Translations under genes and position numbers: made by a program | Part shown: positions 43,823 to 54,207 of the stretch, piece after piece | Numbering within the stretch: position 1 is the stretch's first letter | Layout: each line of letters begins with the position of its first letter | The notes under the pieces: generated by a model | Seen by the model: only the letters and a program-made list of their open reading frames with translations | Database searches by the model: none | Told to the model about the DNA's origin: nothing | Source: an uncultured Acidobacteriota bacterium | GTDB taxonomy: Bacteria > Acidobacteriota > Thermoanaerobaculia > Multivoradales > JAHEKO01 | Length of the DNA: 64,000 bases | Reading direction: 5' to 3' | Assembly: GCA_963719055.1 (NCBI GenBank) | Contig: CAVRAU010000024.1 | Coordinates: 75,604 to 139,603 of the forward strand

Positions 43823-45076
43823 TCAGGCGGATCGACGCGAGCGGTATCGACCCCTGTTCCGGTTCGCACCTGGCGCGTTGTTCCCTCTGGGATGGGATGG
43901 CCGGCTCCTCGAACGACCCTGCGGGAACGGTATGGTCTCAATTCCGTCGACAGATCGTCGCGGGATGGGCTCCCCGAGTCTTTTTTCGACCTTGAAGACC
44001 AGCTCATGATCTTCGGCCGTCACGAACGTGTAGGCCTTGCCCAGCTGCTCGGAACGGCCGGTGCGGCCGATTCGATGGGTATAGGCATCCGTCGTATTGG
44101 GCATGTCGAAGTTGACGACATGAGACACCTGCTCGACGTCGATGCCTCTGGCTGCGATGTCGGTGGCCACAAGAATGTCGAAGCGGCGCTTGCGAAAGCC
44201 GTTCATGGCGCGGTCCCGCTGACTCTGGGACATATTCCCCTGCAACGCTACGGCGCGATGGCCGGCCCCTTCGAGCTTCCGTGCGACGGCACGAGCGCGG
44301 TGCTTGGTCCGTGTGAAGACGATGGCCGAGCCGAGCTCGTCCTCGTCGAGGATGCGCTCGAGCAGGGCCTGCTTTCGCGTGCCATCCACGGGATAGAGAG
44401 CGTGCTCGATCGTCGAGAGCGGAGTGGCGTGAGCCACATCGACCACGTGGGGTTGGCGCAGGACCCGGTCGGCCAGACTGCGGATCTGCGGCGGCATCGT
44501 GGCCGAAAAGAGAAGCGTCTGACGCTCCTTGGGCAACGCCGACAGGATGCGGCGGACATCGGGCAGGAAGCCCATGTCGAACATGTGGTCGGCCTCGTCC
44601 AGGACGAGGATCTCGATCCGATCCAGCCTGACGACGCCCTGCTGCATGAGGTCGAGCAATCGACCGGGACAGGCGACGACGATCTCTGGCCTCCTGGACA
44701 GGTCCCGACGTTGACTGTGAGCCGAGACGCCACCAAAGACGGTGGCGACCCGGATTCGAGTGAATCTCGCCAGGGTGCGAATCTCGTTGCTGATCTGGGC
44801 CGCCAGCTCGCGAGTTGGCGCCACGACCAGGGCTCGCGGGCCGGGCTGGCGTCCTGCCAGCAGCCTCTCGAGCATGGGCAGCGCGAAGGCCGCGGTCTTG
44901 CCTGTCCCGGTCTGGGCCAGACCCAGCACATCGCGGCCCTCGAGGGCCGCGGGCATAGCCTGTACCTGGATAGGTCGCGGTTCGACGAATCCAGCAGCGG
45001 CAATGCCGCGATGGAGGACAGGGTCGAGGTCGAAGTTTGTGAACCCGTTGGCGGATTCGTTGGTGTTCGTTGACAT
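43823..45076 (-). CDS. DEAD-box RNA helicase (RhlE-like)
   Basis: Q motif, AQTGTGKT, PTRELA, DEAD, SAT, HRIGRTGR; basic C-terminal tail. Confidence 0.93.
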   Translation of the reverse strand: MSTNTNESANGFTNFDLDPVLHRGIAAAGFVEPRPIQVQAMPAALEGRDVLGLAQTGTGKTAAFALPMLERLLAGRQPGPRALVVAPTRELAAQISNEIRTLARFTRIRVATVFGGVSAHSQRRDLSRRPEIVVACPGRLLDLMQQGVVRLDRIEILVLDEADHMFDMGFLPDVRRILSALPKERQTLLFSATMPPQIRSLADRVLRQPHVVDVAHATPLSTIEHALYPVDGTRKQALLERILDEDELGSAIVFTRTKHRARAVARKLEGAGHRAVALQGNMSQSQRDRAMNGFRKRRFDILVATDIAARGIDVEQVSHVVNFDMPNTTDAYTHRIGRTGRSEQLGKAYTFVTAEDHELVFKVEKRLGEPIPRRSVDGIETIPFPQGRSRSRPSHPRGNNAPGANRNRGRYRSRRSA

Positions 45077-45249
45077 ACGTGTATCTTTCTTCAGCGTACC
45101 CAGTCGTCTTTCTGACGACACGGGGCCGCTGCTTCCTTCCCACACAACAGTTGTAGATAGGGGGTACTCGAGGGCGGCGCGATACTCGTTGGAGATCCTG
45201 TTGTGCGCCGCGTTCCGAAGAGGTTTCTGCGGAATCTAGGAACCGGACT

Positions 45250-45276
45250 GTAGCAGATCCTCGGAGATTGCGCTAC
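45250..45276. repeat. GTAG-type REP-like or terminator hairpin
   Basis: CT-GTAGC-AGATC-CTCGGA-GATT-GC-GCTAC, an imperfect stem in the intergenic region. Confidence 0.35.
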
Positions 45277-45291
45277 GGGGCAAGACGAAGA

Positions 45292-48200
45292 CTAGGGTTG
45301 AAGACCCCAGGGCTCTAAGGCTTGGGCCAGCCTGACGAGGGAGCTCTCCACCTCCTGAAGCTTGGCGAGCGTCCTGTCGCCGCTCTCGGTCGCCAGACAG
45401 GTGTCGGCCAGAGAGCTCAGCTCACCCAAAACCGCATCGACCTGTGTACCGACTCTGGGATCTGGGGAAGCCAGCAAGCGATTATCGGCCAGCGCCCGAC
45501 GGGATTCCGTGCGCAGCTGGCCACAGGCAAACTTGAGCTTCAGCGTCGGGTCGCTATCGCGAAGGACTGCGACCACTCGCAGTAGAGATGATTTCACCGC
45601 TCCAAAGCGAGTCGCATAGTACTCGTGCCATTCCTTCATGAGCATGGTAGAAGAATCTCCGGGTGCGCGAGCCGCCAGGACACGGGTCGGTCGCGGCCCC
45701 CCTGCACCGAGAAGCTCGGCGACTGCGGCTTCCGTGTCATAGCGACGAAGAACAGCGGTCCACGCCGCCGGCGCCTCCCAGATAGCCCAGTCCCTGAATC
45801 GAGAATCGAGCTCCGCGGTGGTCACGCCCAGCACCGAGATCAACGCTTCCTCCGTGTCCAGGCCGGCGGCAAAGGCCCTCATCAGACCAGGGATCGTGGA
45901 GCGACCGAACTCCGCTTCGATGAAGTGCATGCACCAGGCGGCCAGCGAATAGGAGATCTCGACGAACTGCGGCTCGACAAACCCGTTGAGCACCGTTTCG
46001 ACCACCGACAGGGAGAGCATCCGGTCGGCTGACACGAGATCGCCGACCGGGTTGGCATTGTGATGCACCATCTGGACGTGCTGCGCCAAGCCCTCGTGAA
46101 ACCACATGGGAGCCCGGTCACGGGTGCTCTCGGCAATCATCGCGTGGGCCAGCTCGTGGCTCAGCAACGCGACGAGCTGTGGGTGCAAGCTCCGCAGATC
46201 GGCCAAAGGGACGCGGATGCGACCGTCATAGACCCCCAGAACATTCTCTGAATAGCTCTCGAGGAATTCGAAAACGGGAAACAAATCCACATCCAACAGA
46301 CGAGTCGATTGCAGCGGTATCCAGCGCTGCAGACGCTGCCACTCCTCTTCCAGAACGATGGAGACCTGGCGCGCGTACTTTTCACCCGTCATCTTGGGGT
46401 AGCGCACGTTGAAATGCCGGCTCGTGTACCCCTGATGGTTCTCAGCCAGCTCCTGCTGCATGCGAAAGCGTTGGAGCCTTCGATAGTCGGGCTCGAAGGG
46501 GGTCAGCGCCTCGGCCCTTCTCAATAGCCGAACCGCCAGATCGAAGTCTTCGCGGAAGCGAAGACCTCCGCCAATTGATACAGGGTGGCGGGGTCCTGAC
46601 GACCCTTTTCCAGGTCGCTTTTGGCCAACGCCAACAACAAATCGGTGGCGTCATCGTGGCGCCCCTTCTCGGTCAAGGCTCTGGCCCTCAACTTGGCGAG
46701 AATCGGAGGCGCGTGATCGACGCTGTCGATGAGCCCGTCGGTCAGCTCGAGCAACTCCTCCCACTGACTCTCTCGCAGAAGCGCCAAAGCTGCGATCTGC
46801 GCCTGGCGCCGCAGTAGCGGTTGCGCCAAGGCACCAGGCGTCCGGGTCGCTTCAACCAGAACAGGAAGTCTCTCCAGAGCTGTCGCTTCCTCGCGACGGC
46901 TACGAGCGCCGGCATCTTCCACGACAGTGCTGGCGTCAGCCAGCGCGCCGCCGCCGGGCACTCGCAGCGTCGAATCGCCCAGTTTCACCTCGAGCAAGTC
47001 TCCCGAGAGCCTTGATTCAGCGCCGTCCGGAAACATCATGGACCGAGTCTCGACCGCCGGTTCCCCCACCACAGGCTCCGCGACCTTGCTGAGCTCCAAC
47101 AGCGGAAAAACCTCGGGCTTCGTGGCCAGGTACGCCAGAAACGGGTCTGAAAAGAGCGCATTGCGCTCGACGGGAAGCAGGTTCCAGGCAGTCCGGAATC
47201 GTTCGATCCCTTCCTCCTCGCGGCCCTGGTACGCGGCAAATTGCGCCAGCGAATAGTAAACATCGGGTTCTCGCGATCCCATGGAGCGGAGAAGCTCGTA
47301 GGTGACTTCCGACTTGTCGATATATCCCAGCTGGATGTAGCTCTGGGCCATCTCCAACCGCAATCCGTCGTGATCGGGACCCACATCGAGAGCCCGCTCG
47401 AAGGCCAGCAGCGTCTCGACCTCCGCGGAGCGCAGAAAGCCGAGCCGGGCGCGCAGAACCTCGACCGCAGCATTCCCCGAGGGGGCCGGGAAGGAATCGA
47501 GGATAGGCTGCGCTTCGTTGAGCTCGAACCTGAGAATGCGATAGGCAGCCTCCCAGATGTGACCGATTTCGCCCTCCACACCCTCCGCAGGCAGCTCGGC
47601 AAACAGGGCCTCTGGATCAATTCCTCCGGAGGTCGTGATCTCGCGCAACGTCAGCAGAGAGGCGAGTTGACGAAAGGGTTTTGTGGCTTCCACCGCCACC
47701 TCTTCCTTCGAACAGCTCCAAGTCAGAACAGCCAAACCAAAGGCCGCCAGTCCGACCAAGGGAATGACTCGCCCTGGCCGGCCGAGCGAGTGCCAGCCAG
47801 TAGCGATGACGAGCAACGTCAGGAGCCAGGCCCAGAGCAGGATTGGCGCCGATAAACCGGGGTCGGGTGCAGCTCCCGATCCCTGCAGAATCTCCTCGAT
47901 ACCTGGTCGATGCGGTGGCGACTCCGCCATGATACGAACGTGGGCGATCTTCCACCCCTCGTCCTGAACCAGTTCGAGGGTCAGGGTTTCGTCCAGACCG
48001 GACGGATACTCGATGGTGAAGACGACAACGTCCTCCCAGCCGGGCGCCGAGGTCTGTAGCCGCCAGGTCGTGCCCTTCACGGGACCACACCGCACCGCGA
48101 TCTCTCTCCTGGCCGCCTTCTTGCCCAGGGCACGCAAGGGTGAGCCCGCGGCCAGTGCTGGCCACCAGCTGTCTGGACCGGAGGTCAGGTAATTCGCGGC

Positions 48201-48335
48201 CAGGCTAACCGCAGCCCGTTCGACCTCGGAAATCGGCTTGGGGGCGGCGCCGTCCGCAAGCAAGAGAGCAGCGGTGCAGAGCCATCCGAGGCCCACGGCC
48301 ACCGCCCTGGTCGTCGGTCCCTTTCGATAAGCCAT
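45292..48335 (-). CDS. Large membrane-anchored TPR protein with a C-terminal peptidase MA-like zinc metalloprotease domain (frameshifted)
   Basis: TPR-like helices; HELAH plus WFHEGLAQ gluzincin motifs. Adding one base near 46552 joins ORFs 46521-48437 and 45292-46524. Confidence 0.75.
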
Positions 48336-48521
48336 CGTTCCTCGACGCCACCCGGGCCTGTGCCCGTAGATGCACCCATTCTGACGGATTTGCGCAAGTC
48401 CGGAAATGAAGCGGTTCATAGTCGACTTTGAGGTCATAGAAACATCGAAATTCCGCTATGTGACTTTCCTCGTGACCATGGGTCCCATCTTGTAGACGAC
48501 GAAGAACCCTGAACCTACGGA

Positions 48522-49299
48522 TTGCGAGGCTTCATGATGATTCCAGCCGAACAGCCCCTCGAAGAGAACCGCTTTACCAGGTTTGCCAAAGCCAGACTCG
48601 ACAGCTTTCTCTCCGCGCGCTCGGTGCTCACCGCTGTGCAGCCCATGGTGGATCTGGAGTCCTCGGATCTGGTCGGGCACGAGCTGTTGGCGCGACCGCG
48701 AAACACCGGCGGCTCACAGACGGCTCGTAGCCTGCTGCAGATCGCTGAATCTCAGGGCCTCGCTGCCGAGCTCAGCCGGCGTCTTCGAGCCGAGGGTTTG
48801 GCGAAGACGGCCCACCGCGTCGTGCCGGGTCGGCTGTTTCTCAATACCCATCCTGCCGAGCTCGAACGACCCCACGACACTGGTCGCCTCGCTACGCGAG
48901 CTCGTCGAGACCTATCCCGATCTCGAGCTGACGGTCGAGATCCCCGAGCAGGCGCCGCTGGATCTCGATGCCTATGTCGAGTTGCGCCATCAACTCCGAT
49001 CTCTGGGCATCGGCGTCGCCTTCGACGACTTCGGCACGGGTCACTCGCGGCTTCTCGAGCTGGCCGCGGCACCGCCTGACTACGTCAAGTTCGCCCGTCG
49101 CATGGTGACAGGAATCGACCAGCAGGTCCGCTTTCGCAAAAGAGTCCTTCTCCGGGTGATCGAATTCATCCACGCGATCGGCGCGCTGCCGATTGCCGTC
49201 GGAGTCGAGACCGCGGGCGAGCTGGCGGCATGCCGGGACCTGGGGTTCACCTGGGCCCAGGGATTCCTGGTCGGCCGTCCCTGGACCGTCGCCGTCTAG
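48522..49299 (+). CDS. Stand-alone EAL-domain protein (frameshifted)
   Basis: QPMVDL, HELL, LFLN, VEIPE, AFDDFGTGHS, DYVK, GVET, QGF. Indel near 48880. Confidence 0.85.
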
Positions 49300-50121
49300 C
49301 TACTGCTTGACGACCTGATCGAGATACACGCTATTGGACACCGCCACCGTGCGGCCATCGCGCTCGAGCAGGGTCTGGGTCGGGGTAATGGCTCGCAGAA
49401 CCCCGTTCTCCCCGCCAATCTCCATCTCTTCCCCCAGCTCGAATACCTTGCGGGCATAGAACCCGGCGATGATGTTGCGGGAAATGTCCCGAGATCCCAA
49501 GCCGAACGACAGGGCAAAGGCCAAAGACATTCCGGCGAGGACGCAGGTGGTTACAACCCCGATGATGTCGGTCTCGATCTGCAACTGTCCGAGCGCCATG
49601 ATGGCGGCCACGAACAGGATAACTGCCGACACCAGCCGACCCAGGGTCGAGCCGTACTCGATGCCTGCCCCCTCCGCGGCGCTGGCGACGGTAGCGCCGG
49701 CAAACTGACCCCCGACACTCCCTAGCATCACGATCAGGATGCCCGCGATCAGATTCGGAACATAGGACAAGAACGATCCGATCGCCTGCGAAACCGACAC
49801 CAGACCCAGAGCATCGGCGGCAGCCCGCGCGAACAGGAAAAGCAGCAGAAAATACACGATGCGAGGGATCACCTCGCTCACGGGCTGGCGCAGACCGATA
49901 CGCTGCAGGCTTTGATCGATACCCGGACGGGCCAGCAACGCGTCGAAGCGGATCCGCTTCAACACGACTCGCAAGATCTTCTCGATGGTCTTGGCGACCA
50001 GCAGGGCGACAAGCAGTAGCAAAACCCCAGCGATGATCTTGGGCATCACCTCGATAACACCGGTCAGCAGGCCCCTGAACGTCGCCAGCAGCTGATCTTT
50101 GATCGCAAGTGTCTCTTCCAT
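49300..50121 (-). CDS. CmpX-like / small-conductance mechanosensitive channel (TM_helix repeats plus short MscS beta domain)
   Basis: PKIIAG and PNLIAG TM_helix repeats, FGLGSRD, NIIAG, GEEMEIGGENG. Confidence 0.75.
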   Translation of the reverse strand: MEETLAIKDQLLATFRGLLTGVIEVMPKIIAGVLLLLVALLVAKTIEKILRVVLKRIRFDALLARPGIDQSLQRIGLRQPVSEVIPRIVYFLLLFLFARAAADALGLVSVSQAIGSFLSYVPNLIAGILIVMLGSVGGQFAGATVASAAEGAGIEYGSTLGRLVSAVILFVAAIMALGQLQIETDIIGVVTTCVLAGMSLAFALSFGLGSRDISRNIIAGFYARKVFELGEEMEIGGENGVLRAITPTQTLLERDGRTVAVSNSVYLDQVVKQ

Positions 50122-50124
50122 GAC

Positions 50125-50385
50125 CTATCTCCTCTTCTTTGTGGTTCCGGTACCGGTAACCAGCTGTACTGCCATGTCGACGAATTCGAGCATCACGGAG
50201 ATCACTCCGTTCCAGCTCAACTCGGTCAGATCCGAGCCCAGACGGCGGCGATCGATGCTGTTCCGGACACGGCCGAAGAACCCCAAGCTAGTGGGCTCAC
50301 CGATATCCGCCAGCTCGCCAATGGGCGAGCCCATTTCGGCGTCGCTGGGCTCCGGTGGGTGCCGCGCGTCGGGTTCGTCGTTCAT
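50125..50385 (-). CDS. Small hypothetical protein, translationally coupled to the ECF sigma factor
   Basis: ATGA overlap with the ECF stop and a 3-nt gap to the next gene; 86 aa. Confidence 0.6.
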   Translation of the reverse strand: MNDEPDARHPPEPSDAEMGSPIGELADIGEPTSLGFFGRVRNSIDRRRLGSDLTELSWNGVISVMLEFVDMAVQLVTGTGTTKKRR

Positions 50386-50987
50386 GGCTTGTCCTGTCCT
50401 TCGCCGAAGCCGCTATCGTAGACTCGTCGAAACTCCTCACGACCGCGTTTGATCCGCATCTTGACGGCCGACAAAGACAAGTCCAGCTCCTCGGCAATCT
50501 CCGCGTAGCTGAGCCCATCGGCGTCCCTGAGGATCAAGGATACTCGGAGGCTTTCCGACATCTCGTCGAGCGCCGCCGCGATGCGCCGTCTCTCGTCGGC
50601 TGCGCTCAGATTCTGCTCGGCCCGCGGTGAGGTCTGAAGATCCACTCGGGACTCCACCTCGGGGGATTCGATGCTGACAAACGACTTGTTTCTCTGTTTC
50701 TGATTGAAATTCAGGCAGTGATTGATCTTGATGCGCTGCAGCCAGGTCGAGAACTTCGACCGGCCTTCGAATCGACGCAGACCGAAAAAGGCTTTGACAA
50801 AGACCTCCTGCGCCAGATCCTCCGCGTCGACGGAGGATCCGGTCAGGTATCTGCAGTTGGCCAGAATCCGTTCCTGGTGGCGGCGAACGAGAAGCTCGAA
50901 AGCCCGAACATCCCCACCCGCGACGCTCACGGAGCGCTCGACCAACTGTTCGTCCGTCGATTCGTCGTTACGCGACAATTCACCCAC
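50382..50987 (-). CDS. ECF (sigma-70 family) RNA polymerase sigma factor
   Basis: AFELLVRRHQ, DAEDLAQEVF, FSTWLQRI..N, LSYAEIAEEL...AVKMRIKRGR. Confidence 0.9.
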   Translation of the reverse strand: MGELSRNDESTDEQLVERSVSVAGGDVRAFELLVRRHQERILANCRYLTGSSVDAEDLAQEVFVKAFFGLRRFEGRSKFSTWLQRIKINHCLNFNQKQRNKSFVSIESPEVESRVDLQTSPRAEQNLSAADERRRIAAALDEMSESLRVSLILRDADGLSYAEIAEELDLSLSAVKMRIKRGREEFRRVYDSGFGEGQDKP

Positions 50988-51005
50988 CCGTTGCCATAGT
51001 TGCGC

Positions 51006-51440
51006 CTAGCTCTTGGCTCCGCCTCCCTGGAGAGCGTCGCGGATCTCTTCGAGAAGAACGACCTCCTGCGGCGGCGCTGCTGGCTTCGCTTCTTCCTGCT
51101 TCTTCCATTTATTGATGTTGCGGACCAGCATGAAGACCGCAAAGGCGACGATGAGAAAGGTCAGGATGGTATTGACGAAGACGCCGTAGTTGATGGTCAC
51201 GGCTCCGGCCTCCTGAGCCATGGCCAGCGTCGCATACGGTCCCGATGCCTCTGCACCTTGCTTGAGCACCACGAACATATCCGAGAAGTTCACGTTTCCC
51301 AGAAACAGCCCGATCACCGGCATCAGGAGATCATCCACTAGCGACTTGACGATCGGGGTAAACGCACCGCCGATGATGATACCGATGGCCATATCCAGGA
51401 CGTTACCCTTCATGGCGAATTCCTTGAATTCCTTAAACAT
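51006..51440 (-). CDS. mscL: Large-conductance mechanosensitive channel
   Basis: KEFKEFAMKGNVLDMAIGIIIGGAF, INYGVF, LLEEIRDAL. Confidence 0.96.
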   Translation of the reverse strand: MFKEFKEFAMKGNVLDMAIGIIIGGAFTPIVKSLVDDLLMPVIGLFLGNVNFSDMFVVLKQGAEASGPYATLAMAQEAGAVTINYGVFVNTILTFLIVAFAVFMLVRNINKWKKQEEAKPAAPPQEVVLLEEIRDALQGGGAKS

Positions 51441-51782
51441 GATTCAACCCTCCTTCTGGTTTCCATTTCGACCCATGGCCAGGACCATATCCAGAGTCCC
51501 TGCCATCGGGTCCTTCTCTGTTCTTTGACCGTTTCGGCGGTCGGAAGTCACATCCGACCAGGGCTCCGAGAGGAGCCCAGAGCCTGAGACGTGCCCCGCC
51601 GTCTGTCCTCTCTGAGAGCAGATTATGACCTAGACGATCGAGTTTCCAGCGCCAAACAGGACCTACTCGCAGATTCCCCGGGTCGAGTTGTCCTGCTGGA
51701 TGAGATCCAGCCGCTCCGTCTTGAACGAATTCATCTCGGCTACACCGGCGGGAGTGGTGGCAGAGACCAACCAGAGCCGCTA

Positions 51783-54018
51783 TCACTTCCACTTCGAGGC
51801 GTCGCTGGACTCGAATCCGTCGGCGAAGATCATCATGAGTGTCGACTCCCGGATCGACGTGGCCGATGAACGCATCCGAGGTACCGCCGTTGTAGCTTTC
51901 GTCGAACGCTCCCGCGGTGGTTGGAAAGTCCGGCGACCGGGTGTATCCGGCCACATAGAAGGTCCCCCCCGGGTCCGTGCCGCCCACCAGGGGCCGATCT
52001 TCCCCCGATCCGCCCAGGTAGGTCCCGAAGTCGAGAGTCGAGAGATCGGCGGCGAGTCGCGCCACGAAACCGTCGGCGGTCGGCGAGTTGAGGGGCAAAG
52101 CGGGATCACAATCCCCGTCTAGGCCGCAGGTGTCATCGATGCCGTCTCCGGCTGTCGGAAAGTCGATGGATGTGGTCTCCCCAACGACGTAGATGGCCCC
52201 ATCCGCCCCGATGTCGATCGAGCGGATCGACTCGTGATCCGAGCCACCGAAGTAGGTCAGTGCCACCGTGATCTCGAGATCGGGGTCGTAGATGGCGACA
52301 AATCCGTCGGAGCGGGGCACCAGCAGCGGACCCTGACCGTCACAGAGACCGTCCGTGCCGCACGTCGTATCGAACGCACCCTCCGTGGCGGGCAGGTCGT
52401 TCATGTAGGTCTGGCCGACCGCAACAACGTAGCCATCACGCGCGACGACATCGTTGAAATAGGTCCGGCTGCTTCCACTCTGGCTTTCCGGGTAGTAGCT
52501 CAGGTAGGCCATGCGGGTGGTCAGGTCGGCGTCAAAGCGCGCCAGGTATCCCGTGATCGCGTAGTCGAAGCCATCGGTCATGAACACCGTGCCGTCCGGC
52601 GCCACATCGACGCTCGAGGCGATGTTTCCACCCAGGTAGGTCATCGCCTGCAGAGTCGTCAGATCAGCAGAGAGCTTGCCGGCGAAGCCTTCGTACTCGC
52701 GGATGCCAAAGGGTCCCGGCGGGCAGCAGGTCGACTGGTAGGCCCCCGGCGTGATGGGAAAGCTCGGGTCGTTGGTGGAGCCGCCAAAGTAGATGCCGCC
52801 ATTTCCCAGTGCGACGGTCCTCGGGTAGTCGGAGGGAGTGACCACCGCGGAGGCCTGGAGTGACGACAGGTCGGGACTGAATCTGACGACAAAACCTCCG
52901 CCCGTGGGCGTGGTGTCGTTCCAGTTGTAGGCGCCGTCGGTCACGGGGAATCCGTATCCCGCCTGGCCGACCGCGATGAGGCCCTCGGAGTCGAGGACGA
53001 TGTCCTCCACCCGGTCGAAGTACTCGGTGCCGATGTAGGTGGAAGCGATGACTGTCGACAGGTCAGCGCTCATGAGGGTGACAAAGCCGTCGGGGTACGC
53101 GCTGTCGAGAGTTTCGTCGTAACCGAGATGAACTGGGAAATCCGGCGACTGAGTGGCGCCCGCGACGTAGACTCCCGCATCAGCAACCACCAGGCCGTGG
53201 ATGATGTCGTCGTCGTAATTGCCCGGAGGAGAGGGGTTGTGACCGCCGAGATAGGTCGATTCCAGCAACGGGTCGATGACGAGCTCGCGCTGCCTGTCGT
53301 AGGGGCCGACACGGAAACCGTAGTGGCCGAGCTCCCCTGGAGCGTACGCCACCTGCACGGGCTGACGACGACCATCGAGGGTCTGGTAGGCGACCGGTGC
53401 TGTGAACACGATCTCACCGAGAGAGGTCGCCAGGACCAGTCGGCCGTCGTTGGCGACCTGCAGGTCATCTACCCCTTCGACGACGACGTCGATCACGGCG
53501 ACGTCACCTCCCGGCGCCACGTGAAACAGCTTCTCGACGTTGTTACCGGACGCTTGCAGCGATACCCGGATCCCGGGATACAGCTCGCCGAGATCCACGC
53601 CCTCGAAAGTCTCGAGCCGTGACCTCCAGGCCCGCGGGTCGTTCCCCTTGTATTGGCTGACGCGGACAGGACTCGGCTCGGAGCCCCGCGCGAGCATCGG
53701 CAGACTGTCGGCGAACGACTCCCGCAGCACCCACTTCGCTGGCTTGCCCTCGCGGGTCGTCCGCTGGAGGGCGTACACGAGTTGGCTCTTCGCCGTTACG
53801 AAGAAGGTCCCAGCAAACGTGCGAGCGTAGAACCGCACGTCGTCATGAGCGATCTGCCCCTGGTTGCGGATGAAAGGGATCTGCACCGAGCCCAACCGGT
53901 TCGCGACGGCCTGGGGCTCCAGCCCTCCGGTCGCCGCCGCCTGAGCCGACGTCTGGGCCAGGAGCCCAGCAACGCACACCAGGCTCGGGATCACGAAACA
54001 AAGTGACCAGCGTTTCAT
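51783..54018 (-). CDS. Secreted SBBP beta-propeller repeat protein with IFADGFES tail (frameshift near the 3' end)
   Basis: Signal peptide, FIRNQGQ, YPGI, LVIDPLLESTYLGG, repeated TxSxDFP and TYLGG. The tail is in ORF 51783-52109. Confidence 0.85.
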
Positions 54019-54164
54019 CGTCTTCCTCCATCCACGAATGTCAAGGCCTTGGCTCCACTGATTCCAAGTGTACCTCTCGATGTTCACAGAAGTGTCACGG
54101 GGAGAAACCCAGCGGCTGCCCGCCTCCGATGCCTGGGCAACGCGGACCCCTAACCACCAGCCAG

Positions 54165-54188
54165 GGAGGGGACAAGCCCCTCCACTAC
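54165..54188 (-). repeat. GTAG-type REP-like hairpin
   Basis: GTAGT-GGAGGGG-CTTGT-CCCCTCC, a perfect 7-bp stem, 20 nt after the SNF2 stop. Confidence 0.55.
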
Positions 54189-54207
54189 GCGGCGCAGCCT
54201 TCTCTTC

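Noticed and set aside
51665-51736. 23-codon minus-strand ORF MNSFKTERLDLIQQDNSTRGICE upstream of mscL
   Set aside because: Too short, with no clear RBS; the resemblance to a GNAT N-terminus is not sufficient evidence.
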